Of a DNA stretch of 50,310 nucleotides, positions 19,485 through 30,917 are shown in pieces. The DNA is from Thermoplasmata archaeon (GTDB taxonomy: Archaea > Thermoplasmatota > Thermoplasmata > Halarchaeoplasmatales > Halarchaeoplasmataceae), in NCBI GenBank assembly GCA_046540335.1, contig JBKHFH010000004.1, forward strand, positions 1 through 50,310, in the 5' to 3' direction. Under the pieces are notes generated by a model, which did not search any database, had not been told where the DNA came from, and saw only the letters and a program-made list of their open reading frames with translations. Made by a program: the position numbers and the translations under genes. The first letter of the stretch is position 1; every line of letters starts with the position of its first letter.

Positions 19485-19692
19485 ATACGAAGAAGAATCT
19501 TCCTATTCTGAGAACTAGGGCAGAGTATTAGAGTGAACTAAAGAGTAACAAACAGGAGTTCTAAAGAGACTAGAAAAAAGCCTTCAAGAATTGATTAAGG
19601 GGCTTGTGGCGATGAGAAACATTATAGTCAACCTCCAAGAGAACAGGAAGATAGAAATCTATTGGGTTATCGTCCTTCATGTCCTCCTCTAA
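19485..19692 (+). pseudogene. Possible decayed HepT/DUF86 (HEPN) ribonuclease remnant
   Basis: The frame at 19561-19692 reads LKRLEKSLQELIKGLVAMRNIIVN...KIEIYWVIV, resembling the DUF86 C-terminus (GxxxFRNILVH...EIVW). The upstream sequence contains stops and there is no start codon. Confidence 0.35.
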
Positions 19693-20075
19693 AAGAAAAA
19701 ACGGAGTCAAATAGCAAATCCTTCGGAAGTGATTAGGAAGAATACGATTAATAAATAAGGACTAAAAAAGTATTAGATGATAGAGAGAATCACTTATCTT
19801 TAGATTTTACGGGCGAATTAAAATGATTGGTCGTGGTGGGTTAAAAACTTTATTGATAATAGAGATTTTTTTTCTTTATTTATCATATACCACATATATT
19901 CCAAAATGTCTGAATATAACTTATGATCAGATCAATAATGAAAAGGGTTTTAAAGTAGACTACTAAGATATTTTCTCTCCTCAGTACCTATAGCCCTCCT
20001 CATATCTAACACAGATTCTTCTAAAGGATCATCTAGAGTTTCAATTGAGTTATTTCCCATGGTTTCTTCCTCCTC

Positions 20076-20807
20076 AACGATAACAGTCGTGACCTCCGAT
20101 TCGACTCCATCGTAAGTAGCGGTCACTTCATACTCGCCAGGCATATCGTAATAGAATACTCCCCTACTTGCGTTCTGCCAATCAAAAGCTTGGACATTAC
20201 TCGCTATCAGATTACCGTGAGCATCGTACGCCACTGCAGAGAACTCTATTTTCTCGCCGGAAACAATAGTCTGATCCTCTGATGGAGTCAATTCGACTGT
20301 ATCTACGGCACCTGGTTCGACTGTCAGTAAGGCAGTATCTGTTAGACCATCATATCCACCAGTAACTGTCCAGTCACCCGAGACTTCAGATGTGTACTCG
20401 CTTCCTGTCCAACTGCCGCCGGCTCCATCTTCTATAGACCATGTCGTATCTCCGCTCACGTCGCCTATCTCGTTCTCGTAAGCATCGTAAGCTGTCGCTG
20501 TATAGGTGATCGTAGTTCCTGCTGCAGCGGTATCTTCCTCTGGACTTATCTCTATGCGGTCCGCCGAGGCAGGATCTACCGTGACTGTCGTTATACCTGA
20601 TGTCACACCGTCGTAAGTGGCTGTCACCTCATAATCTTCAGCTCTTCTCTTGTTGAATACTCCTCTCGTCGCTGTCTGCCAAGTGAAGTCAACCCTATCG
20701 TCGGTGATCAAATCACCATCTAAGTCATACGCCGCTGCGTCAAATATCAATTCGTCTCCGGCGGTGATAACCTGATCTGAACCAGGCGTTATCTCTACGT
20801 TGTCTAC
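20076..20807 (-). repeat. Pair of ~77-aa Ig-like repeats (20577-20807 and 20076-20306) around a related middle domain
   Basis: VDNVEITP..AAAYDLDGD..YEVTATYDGV versus VDTVELTP..AVAYDAHGN..YEVTATYDGV. Confidence 0.75.
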
Positions 20808-20816
20808 TTGGGTTTC

Positions 20817-21278
20817 CGCAAATTCAGCAGTTATCGTGTAATTGTCTTCCATCGTTATCGACGTTTGGTTCGCGGTCACGTCTCCTATCGTTCCATTATC
20901 GCCCGTCCATTCCACGAATTGATAACCCTCATCTGCTATAGCTTCCAAGTCTACTTCGGTCCCGTGATCGTACGTGAATGTACCCTCACCTGGATGAGTT
21001 ACATTACCTCCTGCCGTTGACGACACGTCTAAAGTGTAAGTGTTGATGGCGAAATTAGCGGTTATCGAATAGTTGTCCAACATCTCTATCGTAGTTGCAT
21101 TCGCTGTTGAATCTCCTATCGTTTCATTATCGCCTGTCCACTCGACGAAGTGATAACCCGTATCGGCTACTGCTTCAATATCAATCACTGTACCAGAGTT
21201 GTATTCAAATGTGCCTTCTCCCGGCTGTGTCACGCTGCCTCCACCTGTCGAATCAATCGTTAGTGTATAATTTTGTGT
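20817..21278 (-). repeat. Two tandem ~77-aa InlB B-repeat-like domains inside the carboxypeptidase
   Basis: YTLTIDSTGGGSVTQPGEGTFEY...YHFVEWTGD versus YTLDVSSTAGGNVTHPGEGTFTY...YQFVEWTGD. Confidence 0.8.
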
Positions 21279-24169
21279 TTGTGTGGTAAAGCTCCAAGTG
21301 TCCGAAGTCGTTGTGGTATTTCCATCATCGGCTACCGTGTACCAATTATGCGTTGTATCATACGCTAGACCTGACCACGTGACTGAAGCTGTTCCACCAT
21401 CCGTCACACCAGTATCTGTACCGATCAAATTGTCATCAGATGCGTTATAGAACGATACGTCCATCGTATCTCCATCTGGATCCGATACATCTACACTCAA
21501 CGTCGGGCTTGTGCTCACCCCTGTAGCTCCATCAGCAGGCGATGGATTCGTCGGAGCATCTGGTGCTGTGTTGTTCGATTCTTCGATCTCTGGAACCGCA
21601 TTGGTATTCGAATCTTCGTTACCAACATCGTCTTCCGCCCTGACAACGTACCACCAATTGATCCCGTCGGGTTCGCCTTTATCAACATCGCGGTAACTAT
21701 TGGTGCCTGCGGAAACACTAGTCAGATAATTACTGTCGTCCCATGGTCCAGATTCATTTTCCGATCTGTAGATGTTGTATTGGACAACATCGTCTTCTCC
21801 AGCACCGTCGTCCGGAGACAGGGTCCAGTCCAACAGGTTATCCTCTGTACTTCCACCGCTAGATGTACCGGTAAGTAAAACATTATCAACATTCCAGTCA
21901 TCTAAATCATAAGAGTCTCCATCTACAGTAAAGCTAACATAGAAACTACTAGAACCTACATCGGAAGTATTTACGGTCAATGTTTCTGTTCCCGGCCCTA
22001 TATCAGTATCTGTTGTATGCACCCATGAGGTATCTTGCCAGGTAGTTGCGTTCGAGCTGGTTTCTACCTGTATTTCGCAGCCTGAACCGTAACTGTTGAG
22101 ATAATTGTCCCACTGTAGATTAAGTTCGCTCATACCACTCGTGTCAAATGGACCTGCGTAAAGCCTCCATTGGCTTTCAACACCTGAATCACCATAATTG
22201 AATTTCGCTTCCGGAGATGTTCCACCAGCATCACTTGTACTCGACTGTTCCCATTGAGTACTTCCATCTGTTCCTTTACTCGTCCAATTCGCTGGTGGGA
22301 AAGATCCATCGAAGTTTTCGTCTACGAAGGTTTTGTTTTGTATCCCATCCCACTCTACAGTAAGATCGGACGGGCTCGCCACGCTGCCGTCAACTATCGC
22401 CGTATCGGTCTTCGTCTCCGAAGTCCCGTCTCCTGTATCCGCGTCTTCATAATAAGCTGTGATATTATCCCCATCAGAAACTTGTAATATCCCATCGCTG
22501 TCTGTCTCAGATATAGTTATATCACCCGTGTATTCACCCTGCGTATCTGTAGAACTCAGACCCACACTTTCCCCCGTAGATTCGGTTGTGCTTTCAACAG
22601 TTACAGTGATATTCTCCTCGGTGAGATCGCCGTCGGTCACGGTTATAGCCACGCTGTCTTCTACCCTATATTCATCCTGGTCCAAAGTGATATCCCCATC
22701 TGAACTGTATTCGGCTGTTAGATCGATCCTCCTGCCCCATTCTCCTTCCACAGTGAAATTTTTGCTAGTATCCCCAGCACTTACTGTGAATGTATCCCCA
22801 ACACTATATCCTTCGTTAACAAGATTTCCAAAGTTCAATTCGTAATATCCATTATCATCTGAAGGAATGGAGAGCGTTTCGCCTGTATCTTGATGTTCGA
22901 CCTGGACTTCCACATCGCTGATTACACTCCCAGAACTGACTTTTACACTTCCGTATAAGATGTAAGGGCTCGGTGGATGTAATTCATTACTACCGTCACC
23001 AAGATCTATATCCGCGATCCTGGTCTGATATATGAGGGAATCATCTAGATCTTCATTTATCGTCATTATATCGCTAGTGGGCGGATAGAATCCATTACCA
23101 TCGGTTTCGATCTCGAAGCATAAACCATGGGCTCCCGTATCGTTATAGACCCAATCATTGGCTCCTCCTGAGGCTGTATATCCTATCTCCTCATCCGCCT
23201 GGCCGTAGCTGTAATGATCACTTTCAGAACCCATGATAGAAGTATGATACGTCATATTTTCGGCCATACTCCTGTACCACGAATCGTGAGGTGAAGATGA
23301 GCTCGTATAGCTCCAAGGTATTAGCAGGGTCCCCGCATAACTGTGCAGGTTCTAATAGGACTGTATGTCCCTGCTCAATATCCAATCGCTGTATTTCTTG
23401 GTCTCGTATTCAGAAAAAGGGGATTCACCGTGATATGTGTCACTCGAAGGGTCGTCGTCTCCGCTCTCCCAATCGATATCCCAGTTCCTGTTAAGATCGA
23501 CTCCAACATCATTTGATGTGCCAACGGAATCATTTCTGTTTTTTCGCCAATTGTTTTGTTCTGATGTATCTCCATTGCCGTCATAGTAGTACCCATCTGG
23601 ATTTATCATCGGAACAACGAATATCTCCCTGTTGTTTACCAACCAGTGGATCGTATCGTTAGTATCGTACTCGTTCACCATCCTGTATAAATAGTAAGAA
23701 GCGACCTGAGGGTCGGACCATTCTCTAGCATGCATCCCGCCGTCGATGAGTATCTCTGGCTCGTCCTCGTCTTGGGAAACATTATCTGAGACCTTCATAG
23801 CGTACAGATCCCTTCCTTCCCATGACTCGCCATACTTGATCTTTTCACATATATCAGGATTGTCCGCTGTCAAATTGTCGAACCAGTCGTAGAGTTGAGA
23901 TACGGAGGGATATTCACTGCTGAAAGGATAGCTAGAGGAGGTTATCTCTTCTTCATCCTGACTTTTTTTCAATCTGTCAATTCCAGTCGGAGAAAATACG
24001 CCTGCAGAAAATACAGAGCCGATCAAAATCGCACACGCTACAACGCTAATAAACTTAATTCTATCATCCATAGTTTTTTACCCCGGGAATGATGAACCTA
24101 TTTTAGTCCCCATAAGATTTTGTTTATTTGAGTTTTTCCCAAAAAGAAAAATACAAGAAAAGTTTTTTC

Positions 24170-25600
24170 TCAATCTTCCCGCATCTTATAGCTCAAAACG
24201 GAGTCCTTGACAGCTTTTATCTCGTCTACCCTACCTACGGCGGTATTGTGAGGAGCGTCACTTATCACTTCTTTATCCTCCTCCATGATAGATGCCACAG
24301 CTTCAGCAAAACCATCCAAAGTTTTCTTGGTCTCTGTCTCGGTAGGCTCGATCATCAAGGCCTCATCAACCAGCTGAGGGAAGTAAATAGTAGGTGCATG
24401 GAAACCGTAGTCCAAGAGTCGCTTAGCCAGATCGGTTGTCTTCAGACCTTTGTCCTTCATCTTTTTCCCGGACATCACGAATTCATGTTTCCTCAGTTCT
24501 CTGTAAGGCAGGTCGAGATGGGGCTGCAGTTTCTTCCTCAGATAGTTACTATTCAGAACTGCTCTCTCCGTAACTTCTTCAAGACCGTCCTTACCTTTCT
24601 CTTTTATGTATGTATAGGCTCTTAACAGGACGAGCCAATTGCCGTAGATACCTTTCACTCTTCCTATACTGTTCTCTAGATCATAGTTCAAATGATAACC
24701 GTCATCGTCTTTCTCCACTACGGGCACGGGAAGATACGATGCTAATTCTTCTTTAACTCCCAAGGGTCCTGCTCCAGGTCCTCCACCACCGTGCGGCGTA
24801 CTGAAGGTCTTATGAAGATTGAAGTGCATTATGTCGAAGTTCATCGCCCCTGGATCGGTCTTACCCATGATCGCGTTGAGATTCGCGCCGTCATAGTAAA
24901 GTAATCCTCCAGCATCATGTATGATCTCCGCGATCTGACATGCATCTTGTTCGAAAAGGCCTAAAGTATTGGGATTGGTGATCATGAATGCTGCAGTATC
25001 ATCTCCAGCGGCTTCCTCCAAAGCCTCAACATCCATACAACCATCTTTAGAAGGTATCTCCACCAATTCATAACCCAGCATCGAAACGCTAGCAGGATTA
25101 GTACCATGGGCGGTATCAGGAAGTATGACCTGGTCTCTATCATCATCGTTATCCATATGATACTGGTGAGCGATCATCAGACCTGTGATCTCGCCCTGCG
25201 CTCCCGCGGCGGGCTGAAGGGTCACGGAATCCATGCCGCCCAATTCAGCCAATAATTCCTGCAACTCATACATTATCTCAAGAGTTCCCTGAACCGTATC
25301 TTCGGGCTGATAAGGATGGATACGACTCGCCTTGGGATGAGAAGCGATCTTCTCTGTGAACTTCGGGTTGTATTTCATCGTACACGAACCTAGAGGATAC
25401 AACCCAGTATCTACACCATAATTCATCTGAGATAATCGGTTGAAGTACCTTACAACCTCGTGCTTGGGAATGTCAGGTATTTCTGCCGCTTCTTCTCTTT
25501 CTATTTCCGAGGGAAGTGGGTTATCTCCTATCTCCTTATCTTCACCTCTCTCTATCAAAAGATCTTCATCGTAACGCGCCTGTCTGTACTCGGAACTCAT
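24170..25600 (-). CDS. gcvPB: Glycine dehydrogenase (decarboxylating) subunit 2
   Basis: YPLGSCTMKYNP, LHKTFSTPHGGGGPGAGP and MIEPTETE motifs. Confidence 0.96.
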   Translation of the reverse strand: MSSEYRQARYDEDLLIERGEDKEIGDNPLPSEIEREEAAEIPDIPKHEVVRYFNRLSQMNYGVDTGLYPLGSCTMKYNPKFTEKIASHPKASRIHPYQPEDTVQGTLEIMYELQELLAELGGMDSVTLQPAAGAQGEITGLMIAHQYHMDNDDDRDQVILPDTAHGTNPASVSMLGYELVEIPSKDGCMDVEALEEAAGDDTAAFMITNPNTLGLFEQDACQIAEIIHDAGGLLYYDGANLNAIMGKTDPGAMNFDIMHFNLHKTFSTPHGGGGPGAGPLGVKEELASYLPVPVVEKDDDGYHLNYDLENSIGRVKGIYGNWLVLLRAYTYIKEKGKDGLEEVTERAVLNSNYLRKKLQPHLDLPYRELRKHEFVMSGKKMKDKGLKTTDLAKRLLDYGFHAPTIYFPQLVDEALMIEPTETETKKTLDGFAEAVASIMEEDKEVISDAPHNTAVGRVDEIKAVKDSVLSYKMRED

Positions 25601-26931
25601 ACGACCACCTCCTCAAGAGTCTCGACCAAAATATCCATCTCTTCTTCCGTATTCATCTCCGTGACCGCGACGAGAAGCAGGTCCGGCAGAGAAGCGAATT
25701 TTTCTTTTTCATCTAAAGCGATACCGGGCAGTACGTCCTTCTCTGCACACTTCTCAAACAATTCTTCAGAATCTTCAGGTACTTTTACAGCAAATTCGTT
25801 GTAGAACTCGCTGTCGAAATAAGGTGCCTCGAAACCTTCGATCTCATCTATCCGATCCGCTAATTCATGTGCTTTCTCGTAATTTTCCTTCGCGAGCTCT
25901 TCCATCCCTGTTCCTCCTTTGATATAGGTGTAAGCGGCGGATGCTAAAGCCATCAGAGACTGGTTGGTACATATGTTGGAGGTTGCTCTTTCCCTCCTGA
26001 TGTGCTGCTCTCTGGTCTGGAGCGTCATGCAGTAAGCTCTCTTTCCTTTAGAATCTTCGGTCTCACCTATGATCCTACCGGGCATCTTCCGGATATAGTC
26101 CTCGTGAGACGCAAAAATACCCACGGTCGGACCCCCATAAGAGGGCGGTATCCCCAACGGTTGGCTCTCTCCCACCACTATATCCGCGCCCCAATCAGCG
26201 GGATGTCTCATCAGAGACAAAAGCATCGGATCACTACCCACAACTAGAATACAGTCGTTTTCTTCCTTCAACCCTTCAAAAACATCTAGATCCTCTTCTA
26301 GAACACCGAAAACGTTTGGAGTCTCGACGTAAAACCCGATAACGTTTTCATTCAATTTCGATTTGAGGTCATCTTTATCTATCTTACCGTCCTCGTCAAA
26401 GGCCACGTTCTCTATCTCTATATCCTTCCCTCTCAGATAGTTATCTAAAACGGGATCCTTGTCCCAATGGATGTTCTCTGGGATCAGGAACCTACCGCCC
26501 TTCCGTTGAATCCTGCTGGACATCAAAACAGCTTCGGCCAAAGCGGTGGGATAGTCGTACATGCTAGTGTTCACAGCACCCAACCCCGTCAATTCGGCGA
26601 TCAAACTCTGATACTCAAAAAGTGATTGAAGAAGTCCTTGACTTATCTCAGCCTGATAAGGAGTGTAAGATGTATAAAACTCTGACTTACCTACGATCTC
26701 TCCTACAGCTGCAGGCACATAATGATCGTAGATCCCCGCACCAAGAAAGGATACTAATTCGTCTAAACTTTTATTTTTCTCCAATTTTTCCCTTAAATCA
26801 ACCATAACCTCTCGCTCAGAAAGACCTTCCGGGATGTCTAAATCGGTCCTGATCTCATCAGGTATATCGTCGAAAAGCTCTTCTTTTTCATCCAGCCCCA
26901 AGAAATCCAACATCTCTTTTTCCGCAGACAT
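25597..26931 (-). CDS. gcvPA: Glycine dehydrogenase (decarboxylating) subunit 1
   Basis: FLGAGIY, YTPYQAEISQG, GGPTVG and LQTREQHIRRERATSNICTNQ motifs; 4-nt overlap with gcvPB. Confidence 0.96.
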   Translation of the reverse strand: MSAEKEMLDFLGLDEKEELFDDIPDEIRTDLDIPEGLSEREVMVDLREKLEKNKSLDELVSFLGAGIYDHYVPAAVGEIVGKSEFYTSYTPYQAEISQGLLQSLFEYQSLIAELTGLGAVNTSMYDYPTALAEAVLMSSRIQRKGGRFLIPENIHWDKDPVLDNYLRGKDIEIENVAFDEDGKIDKDDLKSKLNENVIGFYVETPNVFGVLEEDLDVFEGLKEENDCILVVGSDPMLLSLMRHPADWGADIVVGESQPLGIPPSYGGPTVGIFASHEDYIRKMPGRIIGETEDSKGKRAYCMTLQTREQHIRRERATSNICTNQSLMALASAAYTYIKGGTGMEELAKENYEKAHELADRIDEIEGFEAPYFDSEFYNEFAVKVPEDSEELFEKCAEKDVLPGIALDEKEKFASLPDLLLVAVTEMNTEEEMDILVETLEEVVV

Positions 26932-27088
26932 CTGCACACCGGACTACGTAAAGATAGGAGAGTAAAAAGATTTTCGTGAGTAATAGCGAAAAAGATAAAA
27001 GTTAGAATATGGCAAAAAAATCCATGAGGGGAATCTTTATATAGAAGTTCAATAATCCTTCGAACACCTAATATCAAGGTGAATATAT

Positions 27089-28753
27089 ATGATGGGAAAT
27101 CAACCGATCGTACTGTTAAAAGAAGACACAGAAAGAGAGAGAGGAAAAGACGCACAGAAGAACAATATAGCCGCAGCAAAAGCGATAGCTGACGCGGTTA
27201 GGAGCACATTGGGTCCAAAAGGAATGGACAAGATGCTGGTCGATAGTCTAGGTGACGTGGTCATCACAAATGACGGCGCTACGATTCTTGACGAGATAGA
27301 CATCGAACATCCTGCGGCCAAGATGGCTGTAGAGATGGCAGAAAGTCAAGACGACGAGTGTGGGGACGGAACAACTACAGTGGTCGTTCTCGCAGGTGAA
27401 TTCCTCAAACTCGCTGAAGACCTGATAGAGCAGAACATCCATCCTAGTGTGATAGCTAAAGGTTTCAGATTGGCATCTCAAAAGTCTAGAGACATCCTAA
27501 ATGAGAACAAGATTGAGATAGATATCGACGACGAAGAGAAATTGCGTGAAATAGCGATGACCGCGATGACAGGGAAAGCCATCGAAGGCGACAGAGAGAG
27601 ACTGTCTGAGCTGGCTGTGGAGGCTGTCAGAAAAGTCGCAGAAGAAGAGGACGGAGAGTATAGTGTAGATATCGATAACATCAAGGTCGAAAAGAAAGCC
27701 GGCGCGGGCGTAGACAAAACGGAATTGATCAACGGTATCCTGCTTGATAAGGAAAAACCTCATGCCAATATGCCCACTGAAGTGAAGGATGCCAAAATCG
27801 CACTGCTGAATTCTGCACTTGAGATAAAGGAAACAGAGGTCGATGCCGAGATAGAGATCACAGACCCCGACCAGCTCGAGCAGTTCGTCAACAAAGAAGA
27901 AGAAAGCATACAACAGATGGTCCAGAAAATAAAGGATGCAGGCGCCAATGTGTTGCTTTGTCAGAAGGGCATAGATGATCTCGCTCAGCATTATCTTGCC
28001 AAAGAAGGTATTTTCGCTATCAGAAGGGTCAAAAAGTCCGATATGAAAAAGCTTTCCAGAGCTACAGGTGGGAACATAGTTACCAATCTTGACGATCTCA
28101 GTGAAGAAGACCTCGGCGAGGCGAAATCGGTAGCTGAAAAGATGATCGGAGACAGTCAGATGACTTTCATCGAAGATGGTGAGAAAGGCAAAGCCGTTTC
28201 CCTCATACTGAGAGGGGGTACCGATCACGTTGTCGATGAACTCGAAAGAGCGGTACACGACGCCCTAAAAGTGGTCGGAGTCGCAATAGAGGACAGAGCT
28301 ATACTGCCAGGCGGCGGAGCCGTAGAGATAGAACTCAGGAACAGACTGAAGAACTATGCAGGGAAAGTCGAAGGTAGAGAACAGCTCGCTATCGAGGCTT
28401 TTGCCAACGCACTCGACGTTATACCGAGAACTCTCGCAGAGAATGCCGGTCTTGACGGCATAGACGTACTGATGGAACTGAACAACGCTCACGAAGAAGA
28501 AGGACTCACGAACCACGGCATAGAGATCGTCAGCGGAGACGTTTCAGACATGACAGAAGTAAAGGTCGTTGAACCTCTGAGAGTGAAGACCCAGGCTATA
28601 GAAGCCGCCACCGAAGTCGCTAACATGATATTGAGAATCGACGACGTCATAGCCTCCAAAGGTGGAGGCGAAGAAGAAGGTGGGGGACCACCAGGCGGCG
28701 GACCGGGAGGAATGCCCGGCGGAATGGGCGGCGGAATGCCCGGAATGATGTAG
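27089..28753 (+). CDS. ths: Thermosome (group II chaperonin) subunit
   Basis: [18 protein letters not shown] and ILRIDDVI motifs; C-terminal GGM repeats. Confidence 0.97.
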   Translation: MMGNQPIVLLKEDTERERGKDAQKNNIAAAKAIADAVRSTLGPKGMDKMLVDSLGDVVITNDGATILDEIDIEHPAAKMAVEMAESQDDECGDGTTTVVVLAGEFLKLAEDLIEQNIHPSVIAKGFRLASQKSRDILNENKIEIDIDDEEKLREIAMTAMTGKAIEGDRERLSELAVEAVRKVAEEEDGEYSVDIDNIKVEKKAGAGVDKTELINGILLDKEKPHANMPTEVKDAKIALLNSALEIKETEVDAEIEITDPDQLEQFVNKEEESIQQMVQKIKDAGANVLLCQKGIDDLAQHYLAKEGIFAIRRVKKSDMKKLSRATGGNIVTNLDDLSEEDLGEAKSVAEKMIGDSQMTFIEDGEKGKAVSLILRGGTDHVVDELERAVHDALKVVGVAIEDRAILPGGGAVEIELRNRLKNYAGKVEGREQLAIEAFANALDVIPRTLAENAGLDGIDVLMELNNAHEEEGLTNHGIEIVSGDVSDMTEVKVVEPLRVKTQAIEAATEVANMILRIDDVIASKGGGEEEGGGPPGGGPGGMPGGMGGGMPGMM

Positions 28754-28831
28754 GATCGATTTCTAAAATCGATAGCCACTCTTACAACTCAAAACCCTTT
28801 TCTTCTTTTTCACATTTTGATTAAAAATCAT

Positions 28832-29404
28832 CTAATCGGTTTCTCCGTATATCAGTTTTTTAACGTCCGCAAGAACATCTTCAGGCTTCTGTTTTGCGTC
28901 GATCACCTCCCAATCGTGTTTCTTAGCCAATTCAAGATAATTCTCTCTCACCTTTTCAAGAAAGTCTACCTGTTCATACTTGCTCTTATTCTTTCTTTCA
29001 GTTATCCTTTCTAGAGAGGCTTCAGGATCTATATCAAACAGGATAGTGAGATCAGGATTCAAGATAAACGGCATCTGTATAGACTCAGTGTATTCTAGAG
29101 ATATGTCTTCACTAGCTGCCTGATATGCCGAGGTCGAACCCCAGTACCTGTCACAGATAACCGTTCCATCACTCTCCAATTTCTCATCGATCTCTTCTGT
29201 ATGCTCCACTCTATCAGCCAAATACAAGAAAAGATCCAGATAGGGAGAATGGTGCTGGGCTTCCGCTTTCTTAGCCAATTTACCGGGTTCGGAATCGGAA
29301 GGCTCCCTGGTATAATGATATTCAGGATGATCCTCTTTGATAGACTCTATTACGCTGGACTTTCCCGAACCGTCGATACCCTCTAGGACTACGAAGGTTG
29401 ACAT
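28832..29404 (-). CDS. tmk: Thymidylate kinase
   Basis: EGIDGSGKSS, TREP and ICDRY motifs. Confidence 0.93.
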   Translation of the reverse strand: MSTFVVLEGIDGSGKSSVIESIKEDHPEYHYTREPSDSEPGKLAKKAEAQHHSPYLDLFLYLADRVEHTEEIDEKLESDGTVICDRYWGSTSAYQAASEDISLEYTESIQMPFILNPDLTILFDIDPEASLERITERKNKSKYEQVDFLEKVRENYLELAKKHDWEVIDAKQKPEDVLADVKKLIYGETD

Positions 29405-29501
29405 CTATCGGGATATCGAAGACTGACAAAATAGTTTTTCGGTCCTTAAGGTTGAATCCCAAAGCATTAGATTTAAGTACATGTAGTTACTAAGTTGCTT
29501 G

Positions 29502-29723
29502 ATGACTGATAATAGACCGCTCACGATCCTCAATAACAACCTCGGAAACAACGTTATCGTCGAGCTTAAGTATGGGAAGGAATACAGAGGTAAACTCGAC
29601 GGTTACGATCCGCATCTGAACTTGGTAATGAAAGATGTGAAGGAATTCATAAATGGAGAAAAAACTAGAGAGATGGACGAGGCCCTCGTGAGAGGAGACA
29701 ACGTCGTATATGTATCACCGTAG
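29502..29723 (+). CDS. Sm-like archaeal protein (SmAP1/LSm)
   Basis: Sm1 [14 protein letters not shown] and Sm2 [12 protein letters not shown] motifs; followed by rpl37e as is typical. Confidence 0.94.
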   Translation: MTDNRPLTILNNNLGNNVIVELKYGKEYRGKLDGYDPHLNLVMKDVKEFINGEKTREMDEALVRGDNVVYVSP

Positions 29724-29734
29724 AGTTGATGAAT

Positions 29735-29902
29735 ATGAGTAAAGGCACTCCGTCTAAAGGAAAAAAATCATCAGGAAAAACACATATCAAATGCAGGAGA
29801 TGTGGTAACAAATCCTATAATGTGAATAAGGGTTTCTGCACATCCTGCGGTTTCGGAAAGTCCGCCAAAAGGAGAGACTACAACTGGGCTAAAGAGCATT
29901 AG
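29735..29902 (+). CDS. rpl37e: 50S ribosomal protein L37e
   Basis: Manual translation [55 protein letters not shown] (below the ORF-track cutoff). Confidence 0.95.
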   Translation: MSKGTPSKGKKSSGKTHIKCRRCGNKSYNVNKGFCTSCGFGKSAKRRDYNWAKEH

Positions 29903-29917
29903 ATCATCGATCTAAGC

Positions 29918-29956
29918 GTCAATATGCATTGACTTCAATATATTTTTTTATTTTTG
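29918..29956 (+). terminator. Putative terminator of the lsm-rpl37e operon
   Basis: GTCAAT-ATGC-ATTGAC inverted repeat followed by T-rich tracts. Confidence 0.45.
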
Positions 29957-30063
29957 GAATTAACTATAGGTGACTTTAGTAATCTCACTGTCTCATAAGT
30001 TATCAGGGATCAAAATAGAAAAGAGAAAAATAGTTATTTCCGCGCATCTACGATCATAACCAA

Positions 30064-30894
30064 CTACCTCTGTAATTCCATCTCTACCCTTACTCGTCTT
30101 ATCTCTAGCTCAGTAATATTATCAACCGAGTTAAAGATCCCCACCGTATTCCCACTAGTGGAAAGATTTAACGCATCAATTTCATTTCCGATGTATCCCT
30201 GCCAAAGCTCTGGATAAGCAGTTGTCAGGTTCCAATTCAAATTCGTGACATTAGAATAGGTGTTACTAAAGATACTGACCAACTCTGTTGTAACACCTAC
30301 CTGTGATGTCCCGTATAATTCTCGTGAGTCGCCGATCAAATGGTACAGAGTAATACTGACTTCATACTCACCTGTCTCTACCTCTTCCACAGAGATGTGT
30401 GGTCTTGCTCTCATTATCTCTCCGTCACTCTGCTCTAGGATCAGTGCACCGTGCTCATATACTAAGGTCTGATCTTCAAATTCTCTATTTATAGCGTGAT
30501 AAGACAGATTACCAGAGCTTCTAAAGGTTACCCACTCATTAGATTCAGTATCGGTAAAATTGAGATACATCCCTTTATTCGGATTGCTATCACTCCATCT
30601 GGGATTGAAACTAAGTCTGCCTGGACTCGCGCCTGAAAACATCGGTACTCCTTCGGTTCCAAGATTTACTGAAGAATATCTAGGGTAGTCAGTCATATCG
30701 TTTATCACCAGACTATCCACTCCTCCTTTTATATCAGCGAATTGTCCCTTCACCTCGTCCATGTGATAAGACTCGTTATCTTCCATCCAAACAGGAACGT
30801 ACTGTTGCGTTATCAACGAAAGAATACTCAAAAATATAAGCAGGGCCATTATCGTTCCTACTGTCGTAGCGACCCCTTTTTCGTTTTTATCCAT
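30064..30894 (-). CDS. Pilin-like protein with class III signal peptide
   Basis: MDKNEKG|VATTVGTIMALLIFLSILSLI; last gene of the T4P operon. Confidence 0.75.
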   Translation of the reverse strand: MDKNEKGVATTVGTIMALLIFLSILSLITQQYVPVWMEDNESYHMDEVKGQFADIKGGVDSLVINDMTDYPRYSSVNLGTEGVPMFSGASPGRLSFNPRWSDSNPNKGMYLNFTDTESNEWVTFRSSGNLSYHAINREFEDQTLVYEHGALILEQSDGEIMRARPHISVEEVETGEYEVSITLYHLIGDSRELYGTSQVGVTTELVSIFSNTYSNVTNLNWNLTTAYPELWQGYIGNEIDALNLSTSGNTVGIFNSVDNITELEIRRVRVEMELQR

Positions 30895-30917
30895 CTTCCT
30901 TTTAAGTCGGCGCATAT

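Larger units (their letters stand above)
19950..24071 (-). pseudogene. Large secreted M14 zinc carboxypeptidase with Ig/Fn3/B-repeat domains, interrupted by one in-frame TAG (23352-23354)
   Basis: Track ORFs 23352-24071 and 19950-23267 are in the same frame, and the gap reads SY*NLHSYAGTLLIPWSY. Motifs HAREW, NPDGY, WRKNR, VDLNRNW, LHSY and FEI are all present; there is a signal peptide. Confidence 0.85.

Noticed and set aside
23352-23354. Genome-wide TAG recoding
   Set aside because: Conserved genes end naturally at TAG (thermosome after its GGM tail, rpl37e, lsm, pheT), and the aRF1 motifs are canonical.
28681-28750. GGC/ATG-rich repeat
   Set aside because: This is the ordinary GGM tail of a chaperonin.
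30033-30056. SD plus ATG (MIVDARK*) after the pilin-like gene as the remnant of another pilin
   Set aside because: It is only 7 codons with no homology signal.
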